The notes under the pieces were generated by a model. The model saw nothing but the letters and a program-made list of their open reading frames with translations, was not told the DNA's origin and did not search any database. Made by a program: the position numbers and the translations under genes. A stretch of 59,241 nucleotides of DNA, counting the filler, from Sphacelaria rigidula (lineage: Eukaryota): the NCBI GenBank assembly GCA_964200075.2. It is 5 parts of 5 records of this genome, joined end to end, with 100 filler letters (N's around TTAATTAATTAA, not from the genome) between each part and the next. Parts side by side here need not be neighbours in the genome. Positions count along the whole stretch, not along the records: positions 11,871 to 23,640 come from CAXNAA020004526.1; positions 23,741 to 35,508 come from CAXNAA020004527.1; 3 more parts are not named here. One strand, given 5' to 3'. Below, piece by piece: positions 13,147-26,238 of this stretch (its first letter is position 1; the number at the start of each line of letters is the position of its first letter).

Positions 13147-16100
13147 ATGTTCTATCTGGTGAGTTTCTTGTTGTAGCATACAGGATGTATCGGAAGTTGA
13201 AGCCGCAACGAAAATCCGCGACCTAGCGATAGCCGAATACTGTACTGTCTATGCTATACTCAACTGAGCTGTCTGCCGCAAGTGTCGAGTCCAACCGTCC
13301 GTTTGGAAGTGGTTGAGTGCATGTTTTAGGGCGCAAGTGTTGTTGATGATGATGATGATCTCGATAAAATGATCCAACAGGCCGGGTTGGTACAAATACC
13401 TCTGCTTTGAAGGCAACTACGTGGAGATTCTGGTTTGCGTCTCCCGTGTTATCGACTGGTGCGTGCTCTCTCGTCGCTCCCCAGTATATGGCAGTACAGA
13501 ACGGTCGCAGGACAGCAGGCCTGCCTTGATTCGTGGATGCTGCCTCAAAAGATGCCTCGGGACTTGCAGACGCTATTTTCCCCCAGGGGTTTATCGGACC
13601 CTAAACAGAGACATCTTGCCTGCTTCAGGGGGGATCTTGTGACGGTGTACTTTCCTCATTGTGCATATCTTACTGGTAAATGGATGCCATGCCCAAAATC
13701 TGGGGTCGTCCATGTATCGCCTGAAGCTATTCCGAATGGCGAGCCCAATCCGAGCACATGCAAGTATCACTGAGAGTGCTTACTCAATATTTGAGTAGAG
13801 TAGTGGAGGTCGTACTCAATCTACTCAAAATTTGAGCAGAGTAGTGGAGGCCGTACTCAACCTACTCGAAATTCGAGTAGAGTTTATGAGGCGGTACTCG
13901 ACCTACTCAAAAATGGAGCATTGAGGTCATACCCAAGTGATACTTTATTCTCAAGTATCACTGAGAGTGCTTACCCAATATTTGAGTAGAGTATTGGAAG
14001 TCGTCCTCGATCTACTCAAAATTTGAGCAGATTATGTGAGGCCGTACTCGACCTACTCAAAAACTGAGTAGAGTAATTGAGGCCGTACTCGACCTACTCA
14101 ATATTTGATGAAAGTAAGTACTCGGGTATTTTACTCGAGTACTCAAAAGTACATACTCTACTCGACCTGCCCTTGCACATGTTCCACGGTACTCTACAGT
14201 TTCGTCCGTAGCTTCCCTCTTGGGAGGCACTCGTATTTGGCTTTATTTCGATGATGGCACCCAGAGTTGTGATGATTCTTGGATATTTGATGTAATTCGA
14301 TGGGAGACTCCTTGTGGTTGGCACCAATGTTTGAATCATTTTCGTAAGCGGCGTCCGTGATTCGTCACCTCACCGTGACGTTCCGCTCAAAAATATTGTA
14401 GTCCAAACGAGTACCTGGAGTACCGACTGCTGAAGAAAACTGTGTAGTCTGGAGAGCCTGGGTTGTGGAGGCTCGAAAACACTGATCCTCGATACCGTAC
14501 CCCACCCCCACTATTTTCACAATATCAACCGGTACAACCGCTTTTGCAGAAAGAGTTGAAGCGGCCAATGCTCATCCCACCGTCAGACTTCGGCCCTAAG
14601 CTCAAGGACACCATACGGTGAGGAAACAAACAACCCAGAGCGGACGCAGTTGCAGTGTGTAGGTCTTACGGTCACAGCTGTTTTCTTATCCTGACGGAAC
14701 TATTTGACATATCCCGGTTGTTCGGTAAAGCTACATGAGTAAGCAGTATGGCAGGCGGGAACCGCTAGTAGCAGGATTTTCTTCTGGGACCGGAAGAGTT
14801 CCAGGAAGTAGATGAGTGTATTGTGCAGCACAACTTTATTGCGTTGTTTTTTTTGCTGGACGCGGAGATTCATTGCTGTCATCTTTAAGCAGATGGTCTT
14901 GTTGGTGATGCTCTTCACATCCCCCGCGAGGAAACAAGCCTCAGTGATCGAACCATCCTGTATCCCACCGTCCTGAAACACTTTCCCCTCTCCCTGTCCG
15001 TGTATCTGTCCTTCGCCATGTTCATTGACGTTCGGTGGGCGTCCGCGTTCTCTATCTTCGCCGTTTCCTCTGTACCTTTCCCTACCCCTCGCTTCAACAC
15101 ACGCTTCAGACGAAAGCTCATTGAAGAGGTGGAGGGAACATCCGTGGGGAACCTGGGCTTCGTCATCACCGTAACCGAGGTACCCAAAACTGCTGCTAGT
15201 TGTCCGAGGCGGCGTATGTCATTCTCCATCGTTCAAGCAGGCCTTTCCTCAACGAAGCCCCCTCATTTTCGCCTGAGCCGCGACGATTTAATTCGTCATT
15301 ATCCCCTCTTCTTCAAGAGGCGTTGCATTATGTTGAGGGCTCACTCCACTTGTCTTCTTAATGTTCCACCTCCTACCTCCCCCCCCTGCCGTCCTGTTTC
15401 TTGTAAGGATGCAAGGGCAATGGTTACATGACGACGGCATGCAAGATCATGAACACACCGCTTTACTATCACATAGGAAATTATGCATCAATCGGCCTGT
15501 AGCAGATGTACGAGAGGTTTCGCCCACGGTGGCAAATTGCGCAAACGATTCAAAACGACCTGTACATGCTCGCGGCATAAAGCATGGGCAGCAAGGATCT
15601 AGAGCGTACCTCGGTCGCCCCGGTGGCTCAGTTGGTAACCTCGAAACCTCCTGACGGTTGGGTCGCGGGTTCAGTCCTCGGAGCGATCTGGGATTTTTTT
15701 TCCATGCCCAACAGTGGAGAGCGACTATGTCGTGGGTACACAAAATTCAAAATTCGACTTAACGGTCGACCAGGGAAAGGGACTGCTAAACCCCTCTCGC
15801 GATAAAAAAAGTAAAGGCAAGCACCGCAAAAGGAAGGTGAGGTACTAAAAAAAACAAAAAAAGAAAAAGCTCCTGTGTTGACCTTCCTCCTGTGTGACCC
15901 CGGCTGGTGCGCCCACATACACCGGAAGGTGTAGACCGGCGCCCAGAATGGATGGGATGACAGCACTTCGTCGTACGTTCCAAGGATCACTCTGACGTAG
16001 CTGCGCGCTAAGATACCCATGAACATGGCGACGTGACCCATGCCTATTCAAGTACGTGGCTCCCTCGTTAGCGCCTTTCTGAGCTAAAACTGGTACGTTA

Positions 16101-17208
16101 ACGCCCCCACCCCTCCCTGTCTTTCCATCAGGTGACAGATGACCACATCACGTTGGGAACAATAGAATTCGACACGGGCTTCGTCAACGTAGTTGCCGTG
16201 TACCGCGCCATCTGCTTCCGACCGTTCGTGAACGAGGTGTTGGATGCTGCCGTGAGCCACGTGACAGAACTAGGCTTCTTCGCCGAAGTGGGTCCACTGG
16301 AGGTCTTCGTCTCTCGATTGGTGAGTTACTTATTGGGGGCGTGTACTACCCATTTTATTCGATGCGGGTATACCTCATGTCGTGGTCTAATGAGATTCGT
16401 CTAGCGGCTGCGTCTGAGCCGCCGCTGTGCCCCGGTGGGCACGCCTTGTCGAGGCGGATTATCAGGTTTTGTGCTATTATCGATCCAACAGCCGACCAAG
16501 CGAACAACGAATCAGCCAGTGCCTTTACTTGTGTCCCCGTTTGGATATTAAAGAACCACCGATCAAAACAAAGCACGGAGTGGGTCAGCGCATTCCTCGC
16601 TTTTGGTGTCGTGGGCCATCCCATTTCGAGGTAGATGATGAAAAATGCTGTCTCCGCATGGTGTCCGTAGAGCAATTCCAAGCATTGAACGACGCAGGCA
16701 CAGGATAGAATGATGTGAACCACTGTGCGGGCGGTTCTCGAGAGTAATTTTTCCACGCGAGTCTGGTGTGGTGGACCTCGAACGGCGTGCGAACTGGCCA
16801 ATCCTCGCCGAAGAGACCACTCCTATGACGTACATTCCGTCGTCAATAAAGAAAATGTCCTTCTCGAGACAAGCGTGTTCATATGAACAGCGCTCGTGAA
16901 GTCAGTAACCGCTTGGTCGAAGGAGTCGGCGCCTCTCGAGTTTGATCAGTCCGTGTTGGTCACCATGTGTTTTGGAGATTCTTGCTGATTGGCGTTTTCA
17001 TACCAATATTTGCGACACATGTACGTCCAACGAAAGCGCTCGTCCCATGTGTTTCCACGGCACAACTCAGGGCATGCCAGATGACATCGCGGGAGGATAC
17101 GATGCTGTGGGAGACATGTGGGTTTCCTCCGAGGATTCGGACACGGAGATCAAGGCGGGATGCGGTGTGCGCTTGCGTATCATCGGAGTCACCGTGGGAG
17201 CGGAACTG
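13147..17208 (+). CDS. RPB7: RNA polymerase II subunit RPB7, exons 1-5 (C-terminal exon not found)
   Basis: Exons 13147-13158, 14550-14617, 15110-15179, 16132-16320 and 17071-17208 splice in phase: MFYLKELKRPMLIPPSDFGPKLKDTIRRKLIEEVEGTSVGNLGFVITV...YRAICFRPFVNEVLDAAV...GFFAEVGPLEVFVSR...VRLRIIGV. Confidence 0.95.
13761..14175. mobile_element. Truncated non-autonomous DNA transposon made of palindromic TACTCAA(A/T)ATTTGAGTA repeats, in RPB7 intron 1
   Basis: ~41-bp units with a higher-order duplication starting at 13761 and 13952. The right end TACTCTACTCGACCTGCCCTTG matches the TIR of the MITE at 32759-32963. Confidence 0.75.
15614..15966 (+). mobile_element. tRNA-derived SINE in RPB7 intron 3
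   Basis: A box TGGCTCAGTTGG, B-box-like GGTTCAGTCC. Colinear with 35962-36312. Confidence 0.85.
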
Positions 17209-18226
17209 GTACGAAAAAGTCTTGAACAGTCGTCTGTTTTTTTTCGTTTACCTGCGGCAAAGAAGGGTCTCAAGGGACCGGACGGGGTCATTTTTTGTGG
17301 TGACCGTTTTTTTTTCAAATTGTGCGTGATCTACAAGAACAAAAAGAACCATGGAGAGACGGGGATTTTTCGATGTTTCGTTTAGTTTCTAGATTTTGTG
17401 TCGCGGAGGAAAAGGTGATGCGCTGGTCGGAAAACAGTATGTCTGATCACTGACAAAAACAAAACAAAAAACTGAAGGGGATGCTACCGAACGGCTAACT
17501 GCGCAACGCCAAGAGGGCGCGCAGGGCAGGGAGGGAAGGGGAAGACTCGGGCGGGGGCAGGTTAATTTAAGCCTTCTCAAAAGTACCCGAATTCGCGTAA
17601 AGGCTGGTCCCAACAAGGAATGTACGGACAAGCTTCAGTAGATCAAGTCTCCGCAAGGTACGGGAGTTGCAACTTGGATATTGCCCTGCCAATCTGTGTG
17701 CACAAAAAACACCCCCCCCTTGAACAGATATACGGTTGGGTTGGTCATTCCGAAACAGTGCATTTTTTTTTTAGAGAGTCGCATGTATGTCGGGTTGAGG
17801 CTCTAAAGCGGTGATAGTCACGACGTTTGATACTGTAAAGGGGCTCGTGTGTGTGAAACGTTGGGTCATAATTTGCTAAATGTATTGGGGAAGGAGCAGA
17901 GTATGACATCCAGATTTTCCGAATTGTGTTTGTTTACTCGTGATAATTTTTGATGATTTTGAAGAATTATGGCTTGTAAAAGTTCGCAATATCTTGTAAT
18001 CGTTCAACATACGAATAACCCGGCATATGCTCATGTTGAATGTCTGCCTTGAAAAATTAAGATATTCGAGCAACCGGTCATATGAAAAATACGTCATTAT
18101 CCCTACGTATCAAAACGCTCTCAAGGTTGGTTGGAGAGTCGGCAAATATGTTCTGAGCCACAGTCGCGAGATCTTCCATTTGCATTTTGCACACATGCAT
18201 GAAAATGTTACATCGTAGCCCATGAA

Positions 18227-19304
18227 CCGTTTTGGGACCGGGCCTCCAGAACGACCAATGAGGCTGGTTAGNNNNNNNNNNGCACGAAACAGTGGCGTGT
18301 TGCTGGAAATCCGCGTATGTACCCGTAGGGTTATGAGGAAGACCGAAAGTTTCACCCAATATATTTTCAGGTGCAGGGTGCGCATTAGGTAATGTACATC
18401 TGATGTAACAAGCAGTATTGGTCGCCGAAGAGAGCCCCCAGCAGGGTGCTGCGACGGGCGGGCCGCCCGCCACTTGTGGCTTTGGATGATATTATTGTCC
18501 CGATCACCTTGCCACACAGCCCTTTGTGGTCGGGGTGGGCAGCCATTTCCCTCTTTGTTGCATGCGGCAAATTCTCTTCGAAGGGTATCAGCGTTGCGGT
18601 GCGCATACATACAGTATAGTACAGTACAGTGCAGTACGCCTCTCCGACTGTAGCAGCAGCTGCCGCTGCATACTCTCCTGCACGTTCTGGGCAATTCTCA
18701 GCTACCGAGATCAACTGCATACATCGCGTCTTCATCCCCGCCCACGACGTACATGTTAACTGCACACTGCAAGTCATCAGCAAAGGGATGAGCAGAATTC
18801 ATGACGGTAGGTCCTTTTGTCTTTCCACGGCCAACCTGGGTTTAGCGCCTCGTGAAAATGATGACATTGTAGCATGTACTCTCCTTCCCGGTTTTTCCAC
18901 TCCATCCTGTCGTAGTGTCAATACTACGTTTTGGTATGGAATTGCGACCCCCCCCCCCCCCCCCCCCCCCCACCCACAACCACACCCACCCCAACCACGC
19001 ACCACACCACAAACCACACCGGAAAATCTCGGAAACCCTATACTGAGTCCAAGCAGTACCATAAAACCAAGCTACGATGACCCTGCATTTGGAAATCTGG
19101 GAAGGCTTTTGTGGGCCAGGGATAGGGTCCCCACACGACCTTTGCAGTGACATCGCACTCGACAACAACCCCCACGCTGGTCGTTCGGGGTCTGGTCGAT
19201 GAATTTTGCCTCGCCGTGATTGGGCAGGTCGCTCGAAGACTTTTTTTACTATTTCACGAACACAGGGTCAACCTTGTGTTAGTGGGGGGTCGGTCCCAAA
19301 AGGG
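18227..19304. mobile_element. Non-autonomous TIR element with piggyBac-like termini, copy 1
   Basis: CCGTTTTGGGACCG ... CGGTCCCAAAAGGG-TTAA. Colinear over ~1.05 kb with 28219-29256. Confidence 0.8.
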
Positions 19305-19488
19305 TTAATAACACGGGGAAACAGAAGGAAAGGAGAGGATATCGGTCCAGACAAGTATCCACCCAGGTCCCTAGTTGGACATCCGTTGGACGGGCTTCAG
19401 GGGCGATTCAAAATTGTTTTTGGTGTCGAGACTATGCGTCCGCATAAGCGGGGGTGGTCATGCCAGCAGGACATGCAATCGCGCGCGC

Positions 19489-19519
<31 letters not shown>

Positions 19520-20571
19520 AAGATTCACGAGCCGTCGCGCAACCATGGAAGATACTGCTGCACGCCTATCGGCTAAATAAGCGGTGTGGTGTTTTGGTGA
19601 ACCGTTGCTAACTGTCGATGTCTGGTTGGCGTCTATGCGCACCTGCGAAGAACATCCTCCAAGATCTTGCCGAGCTATCAAGGGGCAAAAACATTCAAGA
19701 ATTAGAGTTGCCGGTCAAAAGGTCGAATTCATTGCTCCAAGTACATACGTGTTGCTGGGTCGTAGAGAAGCAATGGGTGACTGTGTGTCAGAGGGTTACG
19801 AAAACGTGTCGACCAAAAAGGACATGTGCCGCTGACGCGCCCCTCCGCTCCCTCGATGACTATCGCCAGCTCAACACAGGTCGATCAGCATATTTATTGT
19901 CTTGCTTTAAAAGGTAGGGCACATGCTGTCTTCGTATAGCCATCGCTGCGTGAACGAAAACAGTACAATGAGCAGCAGCTAAAAGTGAACAGCACTTAGG
20001 CCGCTGCGGCTCCCCGGCGGTCTAAATTAAAAACGGTAAATCCACAGCCAGCTACGGCAGAAGGTTGCGGGTTTCAATCCCGAAAGATAATATATATATA
20101 CAAATGTATATATATATATTGCAAAATTTACTTACTGTCCGTCGTTGAAAGCGAGAACTCGAGAGTGGCGAAGAAACTTCAACAAGAGTCGACGGGGTGC
20201 GGAGCGGATGATTCTATCGTCGACAAAAAAATGCGAGGCACTTTCCGCGGGAAGGGTAGCCTTATCCCTTGCGACAATGGACTCTTCCCGAGGAAGAGGA
20301 AGGGTGAAGAGTATGACAGACTGAACATTTCGTATTTTCGTCACACTTTTAACCCCTCCCCTTCCCCGGGAGGAGGCCGTGGTCCCGAGGGATCAGCCCG
20401 TATGTCCCCCTGTACACGCCGTGGGTTGGATCAGCAGCCGCACTGCGTCGACTGTCGTAGAAACAAACTCAGCCATAACAAATTATTTCTGCTACTCACG
20501 TCCTCACGAGGTATAGCCGTGTCGTTCGTTTTATGACAAAATGGTGGCAATTTCATGAAAATGTATATATA

Positions 20572-21429
20572 CTCCCTCTGTCCGGAAATATAAGATCGAT
20601 TAGGATATTCGAAATATATGATCGGTTTTGTCGTTGAGGTGGTCACAAAAGGTATTTTTGCACCATTTATTTTTGCCGTGCTCCCATCGGTATACAGATG
20701 GAAGATCTGTACTACAACAGGGGATGGTAAATTTGCATCCCCTCCGAATATATTTTTTCTTCTCCGGACGGATTTTCCGGAGATCTGATCAGTGAGGAAA
20801 CTCGAATTTCGTTTTTTCTCCCGTATGGAGCGGAGACAAGTTTTTTTTCCAAGTTTTTATTGAGGTGTAATCTTGGCTATACAGAGCATGCTGTAGACCG
20901 ACAATTTGATTAACAAAACAAACATCTCCCCTTTTGACCGGGAGAAAAATTACAGGGTGCCAAAAATTGGCACCTTTGAAGCGAAAAAAACAGCACGGAG
21001 AGAAACAAATTGGAATATATATATATATGTACATGTGTGTCTTTTTCAAAGAAAAAAGGATGATGTTTTGGGTGATAATCGAATTCCCGCCCCAATGTTT
21101 CACACGTCGGACAGCTCATGAACTACCGAAAATAACGAATCGAAGGGGACTCTCAGATTACTCATCCAAAAACACAAATTACGTGACAGCAGGGCCCGAG
21201 AAGCCAAAGCGCTACCTTTGCGCTTCTCCGCGTGCTCGGTGTCCAGCGCTGTAGGGAGAAAATATGGAAAAAGCGATCACATGAGCTAGCTCGTGATCCG
21301 GATCAGTACACTAATAAGAAGTAGTATTTAGGTAGCTCATGAGCTGTCCGACGTGTGCAATGTATCATGGACAGGTTGACTTATTTAGCATCTTGTCCGA
21401 ACCGATCTTATATTTCCGGACAGAGGTAG
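20572..21429. mobile_element. Stowaway-like (Tc1/mariner) MITE
   Basis: TA|CTCCCTCTGTCCGGAAATATAAGATCG ... CGATCTTATATTTCCGGACAGAGGTAG|TA, with TA target duplication. Confidence 0.88.
21101..21357. mobile_element. MITE with 8-bp TSD (hAT/P-like) nested in the Stowaway-like element
   Basis: TIR CACACGTCGGACAGCTCATGA(A/G)CTACC; TSD CAATGTTT / CAATGTAT. Confidence 0.88.
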
Positions 21430-21987
21430 TATTTGTGACGCGAGAGTTACATTTGAAACGGTTAGGCTCCGCGGCGTGAAACGTGCTGACTTTGAAAAGA
21501 CACACGTCCTTGAAAGAGAGATGCCCACACGAGCACATTAGCACGCGAAGCTAACGATACAGACGACATCCAGGGCTGAGGCGCCTGGATAGGAAAGGAT
21601 TCGCGTCACTGTGCTAGGAAGAAGCGCCTCATATACGAATTTTATGTTTTTGCAGATATGCAGGACAAAGTTGGCACTGTGTGCTTGGGGCTGTCAGTAC
21701 AGTACTGACTGCACCACGCGAAGCATGCCTCGGCAGGGCTCGAGTACCCGCGATCCAGCCGTGAAAATTTCAAATTGCTCACTGTGGCAGCCTGAGAGCA
21801 AGTGAAACGGCTAAAAAATGCGCAAAAGGTCGACGAAGTGCATGTTGGATACAGCCCAACATGTTCACGCGCAAGCCGCGTCCACAAAAAACAGCGGGTT
21901 GATTATGATGGACAAAAGAGGAGAGCGATCCCGCGTTATTATTAGTCTGTTCTTGACGTCATTCTGAGAAGTTGTGTTGCTGTCTGC

Positions 21988-22399
21988 GACACTTCCTACG
22001 ATAGCCCCCCCCCCCCCCCCCCCCCCCCCCCCAGCTTTTGGGGACAAGCACTACTCACAAAGTAGAAGAGAAAAAGGCGAGAAAAAAACCGAAAAGAANN
22101 NNNNNNNNTTGCCTTTTTTTTAAAAAGTGTTTTTGCGTCCCCCACACCTTCCTCCATAGCCCCCCCCCCCCCCCCCAAAAGTGCCTGATTTTGAGAGGCA
22201 ACATCTTCGCGTAAATTGAAATGGGAAAAGCCGAGCACAACCAGCAGCTGTAAATTCTCACGCTTGGGTTCGTTGGAGCCAATGTCGCCAATATGAGGCG
22301 CTTCGGGCACCCTGAACCCTAACATCAGGCGCTGTATGGCCATTTTTTTCTTTACACTTGTTGGGCTGGTTTTGGGGGGGGGCTATCGTAGAAAGTGTC
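21988..22399. mobile_element. MITE with GACACTT(C/T)CTACGATAG-polyC TIRs and 4-bp TSD
   Basis: CTGC|GACACTTCCTACGATAGCCCC...GGGGCTATCGTAGAAAGTGTC|CTGC. The same terminus occurs at 47519-47546. Confidence 0.85.
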
Positions 22400-24544
22400 C
22401 TGCAAGAGGATGTTATCCCCCGCCCGAACAGCTTCACAGCGGCCCCAGGCAGAAGACGCTGTTATCTTCGACTCAGCTGTACGGTCACGTCTTGCGCTAG
22501 ACGGCGTATGAACCCTGATGGTAGCAACCTCAAAGATATGACGAAGCCTGAATGGTGCTTGTTACCTGTGTTACTGTACTGCAAGCGTCGATCCATGAGC
22601 GGGCCGAGTTAAACGACCATACGCTGGTAAGATCTGGCGCCGCTTCCGCGCCGCTTTTTATTGTACCCTATAGAAGTGACCCTAGAAAGTGAAACATGTG
22701 CCGGACGAGGTTAACCGTCGTACATGGTCATCATTTTGAGCTACCCAACGCGCAAATCCCTTGGATCGCCGTTGCTGTTGAATTGATCCCTAGGGAACCC
22801 GTTGACGATTTTTGTTTGAGTGACTGGGCATCATTTTGAGTTGAAAATGAATGAAAATGATGCCGATCCACAAAAACAAAATCGTCTATAGGTTTCAAAA
22901 GGGTCAACCCTTCGACAGCGACCCCCCCGCAGGTGGACTGAGCTGGACCATGCCACATCTAGGGTTCAAAAGTGCTTTTTTCTCGCTACACAAAACGCCT
23001 TTCTCATGAACATGTGGACATTTGTCATTTATGTAGAAAATAGTGCCGGAGAACCCCTGACCAGTGTGACCCTGTAGTCAATTGCGTGCAGAGTCGGTAT
23101 GTATGTGTGCTGTATGTCTTCACTGGATACACCGGCAAGAGACAGTGGAAGTGTATCATCATCGTTCTCCACTGAACGTGATTTACTGCATGCTGCTGAT
23201 GCGTCTGCCTAGTGCTCAAGAACAGCACGACAGACAGCGTGAAGCTATGCTGGCAGCACATGAGGGGTCAGGCAGGCGGCGTAGACCACGAGCAGCATAC
23301 AAAACAAGTTATTCGTACCCATGTAATCTACGGTTGATTTCCCATGACCAAAATGAGTCGTGGTGGTGGACAGCGAAATAGTCCAATCTAGTCCACCCGA
23401 ACCGGAAGAACGTGTTCATTTTGACGGCCGTGATTGGTCAGGATGGGCATCCCGCGCCTCTCGGGCCTCGTGCACGGCTTATAAGTTTCCGTTGGAACTT
23501 GTAAACACATCTGGTTGACTCCGTGAGCTTCTCCGATGCTTTGCGTACAGACGCCCCCCCCCCACCCGGTGCTCCGTCTCAAAAGGGAGATGCGTGGTCA
23601 ATGGCCACACGACTAAGGCAAGCAAAAAATGAGTACCCCCNNNNNNNNNNNNNNNNNNNNNNNNNNNNNNNNNNNNNNNNNNNNTTAATTAATTAANNNN
23701 NNNNNNNNNNNNNNNNNNNNNNNNNNNNNNNNNNNNNNNNCACCATTGCTGACTGCTGAATACGACATCACCCACCCTTCACCAAGGATAACCTACATGC
23801 TATGCACAATGTTCATTGCTTGCTGATCTTCTGCAAGCTAATCGACTCAAAAAGCAAAAGGTATGTACGATCTTGGTGCGAAGTAGCGAGTTTGTATTGC
23901 CGTTTTGCAGTGTAATACGGGGTCCCAGGATGCCTTGCGTACCCAATGCAACCCATGTAGAGGCTACCTTCCACACCTAACCAATGCATAATTTGTTTCT
24001 GCGACAGTACCACAAGACATCAAATGAATACAACAACACGCGTCTGCGTGCCCAGAGCGATTTGTTTAGACGTTGACTTCCCCCTGATATGCTATCGATA
24101 GCCTCTTTGGTTTCATGCTGTGTTCCGTGGTACAGTCGACCTGAACATACTGAATGAAATTCCACGAGCACCTGAAAACAAGGCAGCACTAGCACGAGCC
24201 GTCTCCGCATGTCCGCGAGAGTTTTTGGGAAGACACCGGCAGCTCACACCGCCATCCACGGAGAGTATGGTATAGCATAGCGCACAACGCATCTACGCGC
24301 CTTGAACGATTCCTTCAGCTGCTTATTTTCCCGAGCTGACCTATTGACGGCCTTTCTGCAGTTTCATGTTTGGTTCTGCGGTACAGTCGGCCTGAATATA
24401 CAAAAAACAGTGGGTCCTGGAAAATGATATCCTTCTCCAAAATGACGTTCAAGTAGCATTTGTGTCGCAGGGATGACGCGAAACACTCACGACGCATCGA
24501 AGCCATCGTCCCCCCCAAATGTCCGCGGCAATTGAGCAGCTGTG

Positions 24545-25950
24545 GCTAGGTGCACCGAACGAATGCGGTGTACACACGTGTCGATGACGATATCACCAGA
24601 AAGAGAAGCAACGACAGAGAGGAAGCTCCTCGCCCGTGTCCTTTGTGTGTCCCCGCTCGGCGATTACCAATCGCTCGAGAGACTGGCACCATCGATGTTA
24701 CCAGCATGTGCCCAATTTTCCGTGTGCCAGAACATCGAGCTGCGGAGAGATTTCCACGGTCAGGACGACTCAACTCGTGATTCAACCCATATTCATCATT
24801 TCAACGCATAAATCATACTATTCGTACATTATTTGTAATTCATACAGTTTCTCATCTCGTGCGTGGTGCAGTATAACCCGAAGGTACCCGCTTCCTAGCT
24901 TCCATGAATGCCGGGGTAAATAATGGGCACAAGGTGAACACTGCACTGCAAATTTGAATGCATCGGTTGTACATGCCACGAACTTCTCACCATCATGAGT
25001 CGGGAACGTCATGTACAACTTGCTTGACTAACTCGTTCGAGGTGAGCGCCCGTACATTTTCCCCACCTTCGGGCTAATGCGGGACCAACAAGTTGTACAG
25101 AATGAATCTTCACTTCTGATGGTCCCTGAACCAAGCGTAATTTTCTCACAGTTACTGACCTTGTGCAACGTCTGTGACGTCCAAATTTGAGGTTGCAGGC
25201 ACCCCAGCCACCCGTGTATCCACCCTGGACTCAGCGGAACCAACGCTTTATACAGCATGACTGCTTACGCATCATGAGGACTCGACTCGTATGAACTCTG
25301 ATTCGTTCTAACCATGGAGATTTCGTCTCTTCTCGCCTGTCGAGCTCACCAATGCGACGATCGATTTCTCTCTGCCTCTCCTTTTGGACAGGACGCGCCT
25401 CTGTGCCCTGAAAAATATGTCGTTGAAAAACAGGTCAATGTTCCCGTCACCGCTACTACTCTTCTCTTTCACACGCATGCCAGTAAGGTCCGTGGTGTGG
25501 CGACAACAAATATATTCAATTAGAATTGGGGGGGGGTGTTATTCATAGTTGATTTAACCCACATCTGACCCTCTGGTTGCCCAACCAGAAGAGCGTGCCA
25601 CACACCAGTTGAGGGGGGTGTACGAGAGATTAAACACTTGTAGAGACCATCTTGACATGCGGAGTGAAAAAAAATACACATGGTGGTGACCAAACTGTTG
25701 CTAGCGTGGGGCATAGGAGTCCGTCCATGCTGCAATCTAGAGTACACGCTGGTGGCGTGAATGCCTCGGTACAGTACGAGTAGCTTTCCAGAATGACTTC
25801 CAACGTGAGGAGGTCGTGCATTACAAGCTGGGACAAGAGTGCTCTACGATCAACCACTTGTCGCTGCATTTGAGACCCACGCCATGCACCGCCGACAGTA
25901 AAGATCTTGTGGCTTTCAGGCAACGCTGTCGGTAGTACGGCAGGCAAACC
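24545..25950 (-). pseudogene. Degenerate transposase-like coding relic with possible SWIM finger (Mutator/MULE-like)
   Basis: Minus-strand PLCRCFSFW*Y..+TCVH across a frameshift (~24640-24570) and VAGVPATSN (~25215-25185) resemble MULE motifs. Many stops. Confidence 0.35.
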
Positions 25951-26238
25951 CGATCATAGCTAGCATTCGTTGCTCTACCGAATTTTCTCCCGTCTGCTCA
26001 CAGGAGGTCCCCGTAACAACATGCACCGAAGTTCGCAATAGCTATGAAAGCTAAACAGTTTGATTTTTCTCAACTACAATTGTCTGATGTCCGCTATACA
26101 GATTGCACAGCACTATACTGTGCTATGCTGTGCTCGATTGAGGTTCAGCTTTCAATCCGATTTCGTATGTTCCACGGTTCGGACGAATCAGAGTTTATGC
26201 GGGTTGACCCCCCATGAACATTTAATGTGAATGTACCA

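Larger units (their letters stand above)
19651..23266 (+). other. Scattered exon-like segments of an unidentified gene
   Basis: AG/GT-bounded open segments 19651-19740 (NILQDLAELSRGKNIQELELPVKRSNSLLQ), 22407-22478 (RMLSPARTASQRPQAEDAVIFDSA) and ~23213-23266 (AQEQHDRQREAMLAAHE). No family recognised and no complete model. Confidence 0.3.

Noticed and set aside
13761-14175. Palindromic repeat array resembling CRISPR or iterons
   Set aside because: The spacers are not unique and the array ends in a TIR shared with a MITE, so these are transposon subterminal repeats.
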